Assembly: GCA_965223905.1 (NCBI GenBank) | Contig: CBDCXV010000002.1 | Location: 192,001 to 256,000, forward strand | DNA: 64,000 nt | Source: Candidatus Latescibacterota bacterium | GTDB taxonomy: Bacteria > Latescibacterota > UBA2968 > UBA8231 | Direction: 5' to 3' | Part shown: positions 39,975-48,942 of the stretch, piece by piece | Position numbering within the stretch: position 1 is the stretch's first letter | Layout of the letters: each line of letters begins with the position of its first letter | Program-made: the position numbers and the translations under genes | Notes under the pieces: generated by a model | Seen by the model: the letters and a program-made list of their open reading frames with translations, nothing else | What the model was told of the DNA's origin: nothing | Database searches by the model: none

Positions 39975-41027
39975 ATGCTTGACAAACTCACCGCCTGGTG
40001 CGTGACCGCGGCCCTGCTGGCCGGGGCCGTCGGGCCCACCTCGGCAACCTCGGAGAGCCGCGCCACCGTCATTTTTCTTTTGATCAAGCCGGATGCGCGC
40101 GCCATCGCGATGGGGGAGTCGTACGTCGCCGTCGCCGACAATGCCAGCTACTTCAACCCCGCCTCGCTGGCAGGACAGACCGAGCGCAAGCTTCACCTGA
40201 CCCATGCGAAGTGGCTTCCCGGTCTCGCCGACGACATGTCGTACGAGTTTGTCGCCTACTCGCAACCGGTCGAGGGATGGGGGAACGTCGGTCTCAACGG
40301 AGTCTGGATGAATCTCGGAGAGCAGACGCGAATGGGGGAGCGGCCGGACGACGTTCTCGGGACCTTCTCGAGCAACGAGTTCGCGATCAGCGTCGCCTAC
40401 GGGGCCGACGTCGCCGACAACATGAAGGCAGGCGTCGGCCTGAAGTTCATCCACAGTCGCCTCTCCCCCGAACAGGGTGCGGGCATCGAGCGCGGCAAGG
40501 GAGTCGGAAGCAGCTTTGCCGCCGACCTCGGTATCCTGTGGGACCTCACACCGGCGCTTACATTCGGCTCGGCACTCCGCTATCTCGGTCCGAAGATGGC
40601 CTACATCGACCCCAGTCAGGCCGATCCGCTTCCGCAGCATATCGTCGCCGGCTTCGCGTATGAGCTCCTCGACGCCGAGTACCACGATGTCCTGCTCGCA
40701 TTCGATCTCTACAAACCCCTGATCGCGGACGGCTCGTTCGCGGGCAACCTTGTGAAGGCGTGGGCGGACGAGAGCATGGCGAACGAACTCAAGGAGATGG
40801 ACTTTCACGCCGGCGGGGAGTACCGGTACGGCCTGTCGGCCCAGCAGGACCAGTCGTTTCTGGCGCTGCGGGCCGGATACAGGTGGGACCACGACGGCGA
40901 GCTGAAATTCCCCACCTTCGGGATGGGTCTGAAATACGACATGTTCCAGGTCGACGTGGCGTACGTAACGGGTGACGACACCCCGATGGAGGACAACACC
41001 CGTTTTTCCCTGAACCTGACGTTCTGA
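39975..41027 (+). CDS. porV: PorV/PorQ family outer-membrane shuttle
   Basis: FLLIKPDARAIAMGE, YFNPA.L, H.KWLPGL, DPLP, terminal Phe. Confidence 0.88.
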   Translation: MLDKLTAWCVTAALLAGAVGPTSATSESRATVIFLLIKPDARAIAMGESYVAVADNASYFNPASLAGQTERKLHLTHAKWLPGLADDMSYEFVAYSQPVEGWGNVGLNGVWMNLGEQTRMGERPDDVLGTFSSNEFAISVAYGADVADNMKAGVGLKFIHSRLSPEQGAGIERGKGVGSSFAADLGILWDLTPALTFGSALRYLGPKMAYIDPSQADPLPQHIVAGFAYELLDAEYHDVLLAFDLYKPLIADGSFAGNLVKAWADESMANELKEMDFHAGGEYRYGLSAQQDQSFLALRAGYRWDHDGELKFPTFGMGLKYDMFQVDVAYVTGDDTPMEDNTRFSLNLTF

Positions 41028-44000
41028 GGAGGCTCCGAGGACATTCGGGCGGACGCGCGTCTGCCCTGGCCCTGGCGGCTGCCCTTCTCCTCGCGGTAGG
41101 GGCCGGGGGACAGGAGGCCGGGACGTGGCGCGTTCTGGCGATCCGGGTCGATTTCCCGCTCGAGGAGCCGGACGAGCCTTCGACTTCAGGCAGGGGGAAA
41201 TTCGACCTCCGTACGAGCGCTGAAGCGCTCACCGACTACACCTTTCCCTACGATCTTCCGCCTCACGATCGCCTCTATTTCGAGCGCCATCTCGACGCTC
41301 TCGGCCGCTACTACCGGACCGTTTCCGAGGGCCGCGTCGACATCGAGCACGAAGTTTTCCCGACCGGCCTGAACGACGCCTACACCCTGCCCGAGCCGGC
41401 GCTGCAGTACGGCAACGGCCGCTCGCCGCAAGAGATAACCGAAAAGTGGGTACAGCTGGTGCGCGACGCGGTCGAGCTGGCCCGGGCGGAGGCCGGCGGT
41501 CCGGATTTTTCGCAATTCGAAAGCTACCTGTTCCTGCACGCCGGCTACGGGCACGAGACCGGCCAGCTGAACGACATCCGCTCGGTGTTCCTGCCAGCGG
41601 CAGACTTCACGCGTGAGGCAGGCGGCCCCGTCCTCGCCGACGGCGTCGAGATTCGCGAGGCGTGGATCCTTCCCGAGGCGGTCGACAGCAGCGGCCGCGC
41701 CGGGCTCAACGGCCTGATGGCGAAGTTCTTCGGCCACCAGCTCGGGCTCCCCGGGCTGTCGAACTTTGCCGCCCACCTGCCGGGGGCCGGCGGCTGGAGC
41801 CTGATGGACGTCGGTCCCAACCGGATCGGTTTCCTGCTGCAGGGAGGGGAACTGCAGACGCTGTTCGGGTTCGTGCCTCCCCACCCCATCTCATGGAGCA
41901 AGGCCCGCCTCGGTTGGATCGAACCGCTCGTCGTGCGCAGGGATACCTCGGTGGCGGTCGCGGCGACCGACCGCACGCCTGCGCCGGGGCAGCACAAGGC
42001 GGTGCGGGTGCCGGTCTCGGCGACGGAGTATTTCCTGATCGAGAATCGCCAGCGCCGCGGCAACGCCGCGCTTCCGGAAGGGGTGGAGCCGCCGTTTCAG
42101 GGGATCGACGTAACCTGGATCGAACCCGACGAGGTGGAATTTTCCGGGTCCGGGGACCCCGGCAGCGATCCGGATGCCGCACCCGAGACCGGGGTCTGGC
42201 TCGAGGTCGAGGAGTACGACGCTTTCGTTCCCGGTTCCGGGATCCTGATCTGGCACGTCGACGAGGCCGTCATCGCGGCCGGGGAAGCGGAGGGAGGAAT
42301 CAACAACGATCGCATCAACCCCGGAATCGCGCTGGAGGAGGCGGATGGCGAGCGCGACATCGGCAACGCCTTTTTCGATCGTCAGGACGTCACCGAGGGC
42401 AGCCCTTCCGATCCCTTCTTCGCCGGGGAAGGGCGCGGAGGCATCCTTTCGAAGACCCTGTTCGGGCCCGGCACGGCGCCGAGCACCGAGGCCAACACAG
42501 GGGTTGCCAGCGGCATTCGCGTCGAAGTGCTCTCCAACCTTGCGGACGTGATGACGGTCGGCATCCGCTTCGACGGCCCCCTCCCGGGCTGGCCGGCCAG
42601 CCTGCCGGCGGGGGCGCGGCTGCAGGCGGTAGATCTCGAGGGCGACGGGGCCGCGGAGCTGCTGGCGGAAAATGACGGTGGCGTTCACCTGTTCGCAGGC
42701 GGCGAGCCAACCCTTTCCGGTTCCTTTTCCGGCACCTACCTCGCCGCGGCTGCCGGGGGACCGGCGGAATCCGGCCTGGTTTTCGTTGCCGTGGGACGGG
42801 ACGTCGCGGCCTACCTCCCGGATGGGGACGCGCCGTTTTGGTCGGCGAGCCTTGCCGGGGAGGCGGTTCTCGGGCTCCACGGCGGTCCGGGAGACCTTGC
42901 GCAGGAAGCGGCCCTCGCCGTGGCCACCGCCTCGAGAATCGAGCTGCTGAACGCCGGCACCGGGGAGGTGCTGGCCGGTTCCGACCTTCCCGGAACCATC
43001 GCCCTCGGCCTGCTGCCGGACGCCGGGGGGGGGGGATCGCAGCTGCTGGTCACCACGTCAGACGCGGTCGCGGTTCTGGGGCCTGACGGCCCCCGCATGC
43101 TCTGGGAACACACCGGGGAAGGCCCGCTTTTGGCGAGCATCTCCGGGGACCTGGGCGGCGGCCGCGGCAGCGAGATCGTCTCCGTCTCCACCGACGGCAC
43201 GGTTTCCGTCCTGAACGGGGAAGGGGAAGTTCTCTGGCAGGTGATGCTGCCGGAGGGAGCCGCCGCCCCTGCGGCCATCGGGGACGTCGACGGCGACGGT
43301 TCCCTGGAGATTGCGGTCGCCACCGGGGCCGCGGTCGATCTGCTGCGGGAGAACGGCAATCGAATGCCGTCGTTTCCGGTGGAGTTCCGGGAACACCGGA
43401 AGCTCGGGAGGACAGCGGGAGAGCCGCTGCTGGCCGACCTCGACGGCGACGGCAGGCAGGAGATCCTCGTTGCGGCCAGCGCCGGCGGGATCGCCGGCAT
43501 CGACGACGACGGCAGTCAGCTCGGCGGCTTTCCGGTTCTGACCGCAGCCGCGGTCGGTTCGACGCCGGTCGCCGCGGACCTGGACGGCGACGGGGGGCTG
43601 GAGGTCGCGGTCCTTGCCGGAGACTTGGCCTACGCCTGGGATGCCGGGAGCCTGTCTCCGGGGCTGGGCGGGAGCGGAGTCGCCGCCTGGGGCCAGGGCG
43701 CCGCCGATGCACAGGGGAGCCGCGCCTACCGGGGGGAACGCCTTCCCGCCCCGCCGCGGGTCGCCCTGCTGCCGGCCGACAGGGCCTACTGTTACCCCAA
43801 TCCCGTCGGCCCGCGGCAGCGCGCCCACCTGCGCTACTACCTGAGCGGTTCGGCCGCCATCGAGCTCGAGGTGTTCGACGCCATCGGAAGGCGGGTCGAA
43901 AGGCGCCGGTGGAGCGCCGGCTCGCCGCAGTCGGAGCCGGGGGAGAACGAGATCACCTGGGCGACCGGCGACTACGACAGCGGGCTCTACCTCTGCCGGC

Positions 44001-44065
44001 TCGAGGCGAGCGGCGCCGACGGCAGCCGCGGCCACGTCATCGTGCGCATGGCGGTCGCCCAATGA
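41024..44065 (+). CDS. M6/immune-inhibitor-A-like domain + FG-GAP repeats + T9SS CTD; probable CTG start
   Basis: Frame is open upstream of 41459 (VLAIRVDFP); HAGYG, WSLMD.G, EYFLIENR, GILIWHVDE, DLDGDG repeats, YPNP...SGLYLCRL. Confidence 0.75.
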   Translation: MRRLRGHSGGRASALALAAALLLAVGAGGQEAGTWRVLAIRVDFPLEEPDEPSTSGRGKFDLRTSAEALTDYTFPYDLPPHDRLYFERHLDALGRYYRTVSEGRVDIEHEVFPTGLNDAYTLPEPALQYGNGRSPQEITEKWVQLVRDAVELARAEAGGPDFSQFESYLFLHAGYGHETGQLNDIRSVFLPAADFTREAGGPVLADGVEIREAWILPEAVDSSGRAGLNGLMAKFFGHQLGLPGLSNFAAHLPGAGGWSLMDVGPNRIGFLLQGGELQTLFGFVPPHPISWSKARLGWIEPLVVRRDTSVAVAATDRTPAPGQHKAVRVPVSATEYFLIENRQRRGNAALPEGVEPPFQGIDVTWIEPDEVEFSGSGDPGSDPDAAPETGVWLEVEEYDAFVPGSGILIWHVDEAVIAAGEAEGGINNDRINPGIALEEADGERDIGNAFFDRQDVTEGSPSDPFFAGEGRGGILSKTLFGPGTAPSTEANTGVASGIRVEVLSNLADVMTVGIRFDGPLPGWPASLPAGARLQAVDLEGDGAAELLAENDGGVHLFAGGEPTLSGSFSGTYLAAAAGGPAESGLVFVAVGRDVAAYLPDGDAPFWSASLAGEAVLGLHGGPGDLAQEAALAVATASRIELLNAGTGEVLAGSDLPGTIALGLLPDAGGGGSQLLVTTSDAVAVLGPDGPRMLWEHTGEGPLLASISGDLGGGRGSEIVSVSTDGTVSVLNGEGEVLWQVMLPEGAAAPAAIGDVDGDGSLEIAVATGAAVDLLRENGNRMPSFPVEFREHRKLGRTAGEPLLADLDGDGRQEILVAASAGGIAGIDDDGSQLGGFPVLTAAAVGSTPVAADLDGDGGLEVAVLAGDLAYAWDAGSLSPGLGGSGVAAWGQGAADAQGSRAYRGERLPAPPRVALLPADRAYCYPNPVGPRQRAHLRYYLSGSAAIELEVFDAIGRRVERRRWSAGSPQSEPGENEITWATGDYDSGLYLCRLEASGADGSRGHVIVRMAVAQ

Positions 44066-47000
44066 AGCCGGCGGCGCCGGCCCTCCTCATACTGCTCTTC
44101 TGGCAGGGAGCTACCCAGGCGCAGAACCACCCCGAGCTTCAGTGGGAGGTCCTGCAGACCCCCCACTTCGATGTCTTCTACCACGACGGGCTGCGCCGGG
44201 CTGCCGAGAGAGCCGCCGAGATCGCCGAGGCGGCGTACGGTCCGGTGACCGAGCTCTACCGCTACCGCCCCGGCGGCAGGGTGCGCATCGTCCTCAAGGA
44301 TTACGACGACTACGCCAACGGGGCCGCCTTCTTCTATCACGACGCGATCGAGATATGGACCACCCCTCTCGATCACGACTTCGACCTGCGCGGCACCTGC
44401 GACTGGCTGGCCAACGTCATCACCCACGAGTTCGTGCACATCGTCTCCCTCGGGGCCGCGCGCAAGGCATGGCAGCGCACACCGGCGCTGTATCTCCAGC
44501 ATTTCGGCTACCAGCGCGAGCGCAACCGCCCCGATATCCTGACCGGGTTTCCCGACCTGGTGGTGTCGTATCCCCTGGCGGCCACGGTCTTCCCGATGTG
44601 GTTCGCCGAGGGGGTGGCCCAGTACCAGGTGGCCGCGGCCAGGCACGACCGCTGGGACGCCCACCGCGACATGGTGCTGCGCGTTGCCGCGCTCGAGGAG
44701 GAGTTGCTGTCCTTCGATCAGATGGGGGTGTTCGCCAAGGCCGGTTTCGGCAACGAGTTCGTCTACGACCACGGCTACGCCCTGGTCCGCCACATCGCCG
44801 CCGAGCACGGCGACGACGCACTGCAGCAGCTATGCGCCGCCCTGTCCGACTGGCGCACCCTCGAGATCGACGGCGCCGTTGAGGAGGTTCTCGGCATCAC
44901 CGCCGACCAGCTCTACGAGGGGTGGCGGGGACAGCTGCGGGAGCGCTACGGCAGACAGCTCGCCGGTATCGGAGAGCTGCGGCAGGGTGAGGAGATCACC
45001 GATGCGGGGTTCTCCAACATCCACCCGGTGTACGCGCCCGGAGGGGACCGGCTCGCCTTCCTCTCCACCGGAACCAGGGAATACGGACCCCACCGGCTCG
45101 TCATCCGCGACTTGGAGACCGGCGAAGACGAGGTCATCGCCGCCGGCGTCGTGTCGCGGCCGGCATGGTCGCCGGACGGACGCAGGATCGCCTACGTGCG
45201 CAAGCATAGCGCCGACAAGTACGGCTCGCGCCAGGCCGACGTGTTCATCTGCGACCTCGACGGCGACGAGCCGGGGTTGCTGTCGAAACTGGCCTGGGCG
45301 CTGCCGGGGATGGTGGTCTCCTACGCCCCGGAACCGGAGCGGGTGAAGCAGCTTTCGGCCGGACTGCGGGCGCTCTACCCTGTCTGGTCCCCGGACGGCG
45401 AGTGGCTGGCGTTCGTCAGCAACCAGGGCGGCTCCAACAACCTCGGCCTGCTCAGCGCCGACGGGAATGTCGTCCTCCACCTCACCGACTTCGCCGACGG
45501 TACGGAGCTCTACACGCCGAGCTGGTCCCCGGACGGCGGGACCCTGGCCCTGTCCGTCTCCCGCAAGGGGCAGCGGGACCTCGTCATGGTCGACCTCGAG
45601 CGCGGCCGGATCGACGCCGTTGCCGGGGAGCTGAGGAGCGGCAGCGGGGAGCAGGGGAGCGGTCCGGTAGTTCATACCGATACGAGCCTCGCCGGCTCCA
45701 TGCGGCCCCTGGTGGCCACGGATGCCACCGAGCGGGATCCGGCCTGGACGCCCGGGGGTGAGATCCTCTTCGCCTCCGACGCCACCGGCATTTTCAACAT
45801 CTACGCGATCCCGGCCGGGAAGGGGGAGATCCGCCGCATCACCAACGTCGTGGGCGGGGCGATCCATCCCGCGGCCGGTCCCGAGGGCAGCGTGGTCTTC
45901 TCCGCCTACGGAGCGGACGGGTTCCGTCTGCGCTCCATGGCGGACCGCGGCGGGAACCAGGCGGAGTTCATGCTGGCCAGCACCGAGGCGGCGACCGCTT
46001 CGAAGCTCTGGGCAGCTGCACCGGAATCCCTGCCAGAGCCGGCAGCCCGCCCGGACCGGACGGACGGGGGTGTCCTTGCGGAGCGGACCTCCGCCGCGGC
46101 CGCTCCGGCAGGGATTTCCGCCCCGCGGGCGTACGGAGGGGAGCTGCTCAGGACGATGGTTCTGCCGCGCCTGATGTGGGACGAGGGCCGCTTCAAGGGG
46201 GGAGCGTACGCCGCGTCATCCGACGTCCTGCGGAAGCAGAGCCTCTTCGGGGGCTTCGGCATCTCCCCGGGCAACGGCGACCGCGAGCTCTTCGCCCTGT
46301 ACGAGCACCGCGGCTGGCGGCCGACGGTGTTTCTCGAGTACTACCACCAGAAACGCCACACCAGCCGCGGCGACAGCAGCGACGCCAGGGACGCCATCGT
46401 CACGGGGATGAACTTCAGCCTCAACCAGGTCTCGGCAGGCCTGAGGATCGGGGACGAGCTGCCCTCCCTGAGGCGCCAGCTCACCCTGTCGCTGACCTAC
46501 GACCGCTACGACGCCGGCCTCGACTGGGAAGCCTTCGTGACCCGCAACGACGGCGCCCCCGGTTTCGAGCGCCGCCGCATGAAACCGATCGGCTACACCT
46601 ATCTCAACGGGTTCACCCTCGGGGCCCGCTACGATTACGAAACGGTGGAGCGCCGCCGCGACAGGCAGATCAGCCCTCGCGGAGGGCGCCGCATCCGCTT
46701 CCGCTACGACCGGGCGTTCAACTTCTTCCTCGAGGAATTCAACCGCAACAACGCCTCCTTCCTCGAGGAGGTGTACCTCAAGCTGTTCTACAACCAGTGG
46801 ACCCTCGACTGGAGGGAATACCTCGGCGCGCCGTTCGACACCGCCCTGGAGCTGCGTTTCTACGGAGGTTGGATCGACAGCGACAAGGTCGACCGGGACG
46901 ACGTCAACGACTTCTTCGACTACCACCTCGGGGGCCTGCAATACATGAAGGGGTACACCTTTTACAGCATCGAGGGCCGCAAGGCGGCGATGGGATCGGC

Positions 47001-47304
47001 GCTGTTTCGCTTTCCGCTGCTGCCCGACATGCGAAGGCGGCTCTTTCACATCTACCTCGACAAGCTGTACGGAGCGGTCTACGGAAGCATGGGCAAAGCC
47101 TGGGACGAGGAGTTCGGGGATCCCGACCGCTTCTACGGCCGCTCCGGACCGTTGCGCGACATCGGCGTTCAGTTGCGCCTCGATTCGATCTCGTATTACA
47201 GTTTGCCGACCCGGGCACAGGCCGATCTCGCGCGCGGGATCGACGAGCTGCCCGGCCGCTCCCACTGGAAATTCTACCTCACCGTGCTGTTCGGATATCT
47301 GTAG
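44062..47304 (+). CDS. Gluzincin-like domain + TolB/PD40 propeller + Omp85-like beta-barrel protein
   Basis: TPHFDVFY, ITHEFVH...WFAEGVA, WSPDG repeats, C-terminal FYLTVLFGY. Confidence 0.8.
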   Translation: MKPAAPALLILLFWQGATQAQNHPELQWEVLQTPHFDVFYHDGLRRAAERAAEIAEAAYGPVTELYRYRPGGRVRIVLKDYDDYANGAAFFYHDAIEIWTTPLDHDFDLRGTCDWLANVITHEFVHIVSLGAARKAWQRTPALYLQHFGYQRERNRPDILTGFPDLVVSYPLAATVFPMWFAEGVAQYQVAAARHDRWDAHRDMVLRVAALEEELLSFDQMGVFAKAGFGNEFVYDHGYALVRHIAAEHGDDALQQLCAALSDWRTLEIDGAVEEVLGITADQLYEGWRGQLRERYGRQLAGIGELRQGEEITDAGFSNIHPVYAPGGDRLAFLSTGTREYGPHRLVIRDLETGEDEVIAAGVVSRPAWSPDGRRIAYVRKHSADKYGSRQADVFICDLDGDEPGLLSKLAWALPGMVVSYAPEPERVKQLSAGLRALYPVWSPDGEWLAFVSNQGGSNNLGLLSADGNVVLHLTDFADGTELYTPSWSPDGGTLALSVSRKGQRDLVMVDLERGRIDAVAGELRSGSGEQGSGPVVHTDTSLAGSMRPLVATDATERDPAWTPGGEILFASDATGIFNIYAIPAGKGEIRRITNVVGGAIHPAAGPEGSVVFSAYGADGFRLRSMADRGGNQAEFMLASTEAATASKLWAAAPESLPEPAARPDRTDGGVLAERTSAAAAPAGISAPRAYGGELLRTMVLPRLMWDEGRFKGGAYAASSDVLRKQSLFGGFGISPGNGDRELFALYEHRGWRPTVFLEYYHQKRHTSRGDSSDARDAIVTGMNFSLNQVSAGLRIGDELPSLRRQLTLSLTYDRYDAGLDWEAFVTRNDGAPGFERRRMKPIGYTYLNGFTLGARYDYETVERRRDRQISPRGGRRIRFRYDRAFNFFLEEFNRNNASFLEEVYLKLFYNQWTLDWREYLGAPFDTALELRFYGGWIDSDKVDRDDVNDFFDYHLGGLQYMKGYTFYSIEGRKAAMGSALFRFPLLPDMRRRLFHIYLDKLYGAVYGSMGKAWDEEFGDPDRFYGRSGPLRDIGVQLRLDSISYYSLPTRAQADLARGIDELPGRSHWKFYLTVLFGYL

Positions 47305-47317
47305 AAAGGATGTCGCG

Positions 47318-48277
47318 ATGCTGATGTTTCCGAGTACCGGAGTAGATGCCATTCGCAGAAGCGTCCCGGTTCTGGCGATCTGCTGCGTCCTCGCCAGCGC
47401 CGCCCGGGCGCAGGAAGGGACCGCGAGCCCCACTCCGTCGCAGCCCGCGCAGTCCTCCCTGACCGTGGACGGCCAGCTGCCGCGGCTGTTCGAGTACACT
47501 TCGGACGGGAGCCTCGGGCCGCGGATGCTGGCGCAGGCGGACAGCGCAGCCGGTGCCGAGGGAGTGTCCCCGCCGGCGCCGCAGCCGCTGAAGTCGCCCG
47601 GGCGGGCGCTGCTCTATTCCGCCCTGCTGCCCGGAATGGGGGAGTTTTACGCCGGGGCCAGGAAAAGGGCGGTCCTGTTCCTGGGTCTGGAAGCGGCCGC
47701 CTGGGGCCTTTACTTCAGCTGGAACGGCCAGGGGAAGGAGATCGAGGAGGATTTCAGGGGGGTAGCCGACGAGCAGTGGGACGTGCTCAGGTACGTGGAC
47801 TGGAGGGGGTCGGCGATCTCGCGCAATTCGTCGATCACGCACGCCCTGCCGTGCAGCACGTTCGTCGTCGGCGGGGAGGGCATTTCCGGGTGCCCGGAGA
47901 CCGAGAAGCAGCAGTACTACGAGCTGATCGGGAAGTACGACCAGTTCGTCTCGGGATGGGAGGACGCCAGGGACCAGGACGGCAACCTCGTTCAGCCGAC
48001 CGAGATCGACTCGGCCGAGAACTTCGTTTCCAAGCAGCGCTTCGCCTACGAAGATCAGCGCAACGACAGCAACAGGTTTCTCAAGAGAGCGACCAACGTC
48101 GCCGGCCTGATTCTGGTCAACCATGTCATCAGCGCCATCGACGCCGCCCGGGCGGCTCGCGCCACGGCAGGCGGTGCCGACCAGGCGATGCTTCAACGAC
48201 GGACGCGGTTCGCCTTCGTCCGCGGCGGCCCCTCCGGAAAAACCCCGATGATCCTGGCCTGGAGGCCGTTTTACTAA
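47318..48277 (+). CDS. Hypothetical envelope protein (DUF5683-like)
   Basis: KSPGRALLYSALLPGMGEFY...NHVISAIDA. Confidence 0.7.
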   Translation: MLMFPSTGVDAIRRSVPVLAICCVLASAARAQEGTASPTPSQPAQSSLTVDGQLPRLFEYTSDGSLGPRMLAQADSAAGAEGVSPPAPQPLKSPGRALLYSALLPGMGEFYAGARKRAVLFLGLEAAAWGLYFSWNGQGKEIEEDFRGVADEQWDVLRYVDWRGSAISRNSSITHALPCSTFVVGGEGISGCPETEKQQYYELIGKYDQFVSGWEDARDQDGNLVQPTEIDSAENFVSKQRFAYEDQRNDSNRFLKRATNVAGLILVNHVISAIDAARAARATAGGADQAMLQRRTRFAFVRGGPSGKTPMILAWRPFY

Positions 48278-48279
48278 AG

Positions 48280-48930
48280 ATGGGGCTGCGCACCCTGGTT
48301 CCCGGCGGCCTGGCGCTGCTGCTGCTTGCAGGCCCCGCGGTTGCCGGGACATCCGCGGCCAGGGCCTTCTGGTCGTCGCTGCTGCTCCCGGGAGCCGGCC
48401 AGTACCTCAACGGCCACGCGACCGCGGCCGCTCGCTTTCTCGGTTTCGAGGCGGCGCTGTGGGGGAGCTACCTGGGATTTCGAGGGATCGCCGATATCCG
48501 CGAGCGGAACTTCCGAACCCACGCCGCGGTTCACGCCGGAGCCAGTACGCCGGGAAAGTCGAAGCAGTACTTCGACGACCTCGGATTTTACCAGAGTTTC
48601 CATCAGCACAACCGCTACGCGGCAGTGGAAGAGGGGGCGTCCGCCGAGCTGTATCCCGACAGCGAGGAGTTCTTCTGGGAGTGGGACCGGAAGGAGTCGC
48701 GACTGCGTTTCCGCGAGCTGCGGAATTCCGCCCGGGGCGCCGATCGCAACGCCGTCATGGCTACCGGGCTGATCATCGCCAACCACCTCGTCGCCGCGGT
48801 CCACGCCGCCCGCCGGGTAATGGCGCCGCCTGAGGCGGAGGCTGCCGCCGCGGGGCAGGAGCGAGCCCTGCAGCTTCAACTGGTCGCCCTCCCGCAGCGG
48901 ACGACCGTGGCCCTCCTCCACCGCTTCTGA
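48280..48930 (+). CDS. Hypothetical envelope protein, paralog of the upstream gene
   Basis: SLLLPGAGQY...EAALWG...NHLVAAVHA. Confidence 0.7.
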   Translation: MGLRTLVPGGLALLLLAGPAVAGTSAARAFWSSLLLPGAGQYLNGHATAAARFLGFEAALWGSYLGFRGIADIRERNFRTHAAVHAGASTPGKSKQYFDDLGFYQSFHQHNRYAAVEEGASAELYPDSEEFFWEWDRKESRLRFRELRNSARGADRNAVMATGLIIANHLVAAVHAARRVMAPPEAEAAAAGQERALQLQLVALPQRTTVALLHRF

Positions 48931-48942
48931 CCCATCCCCGCA

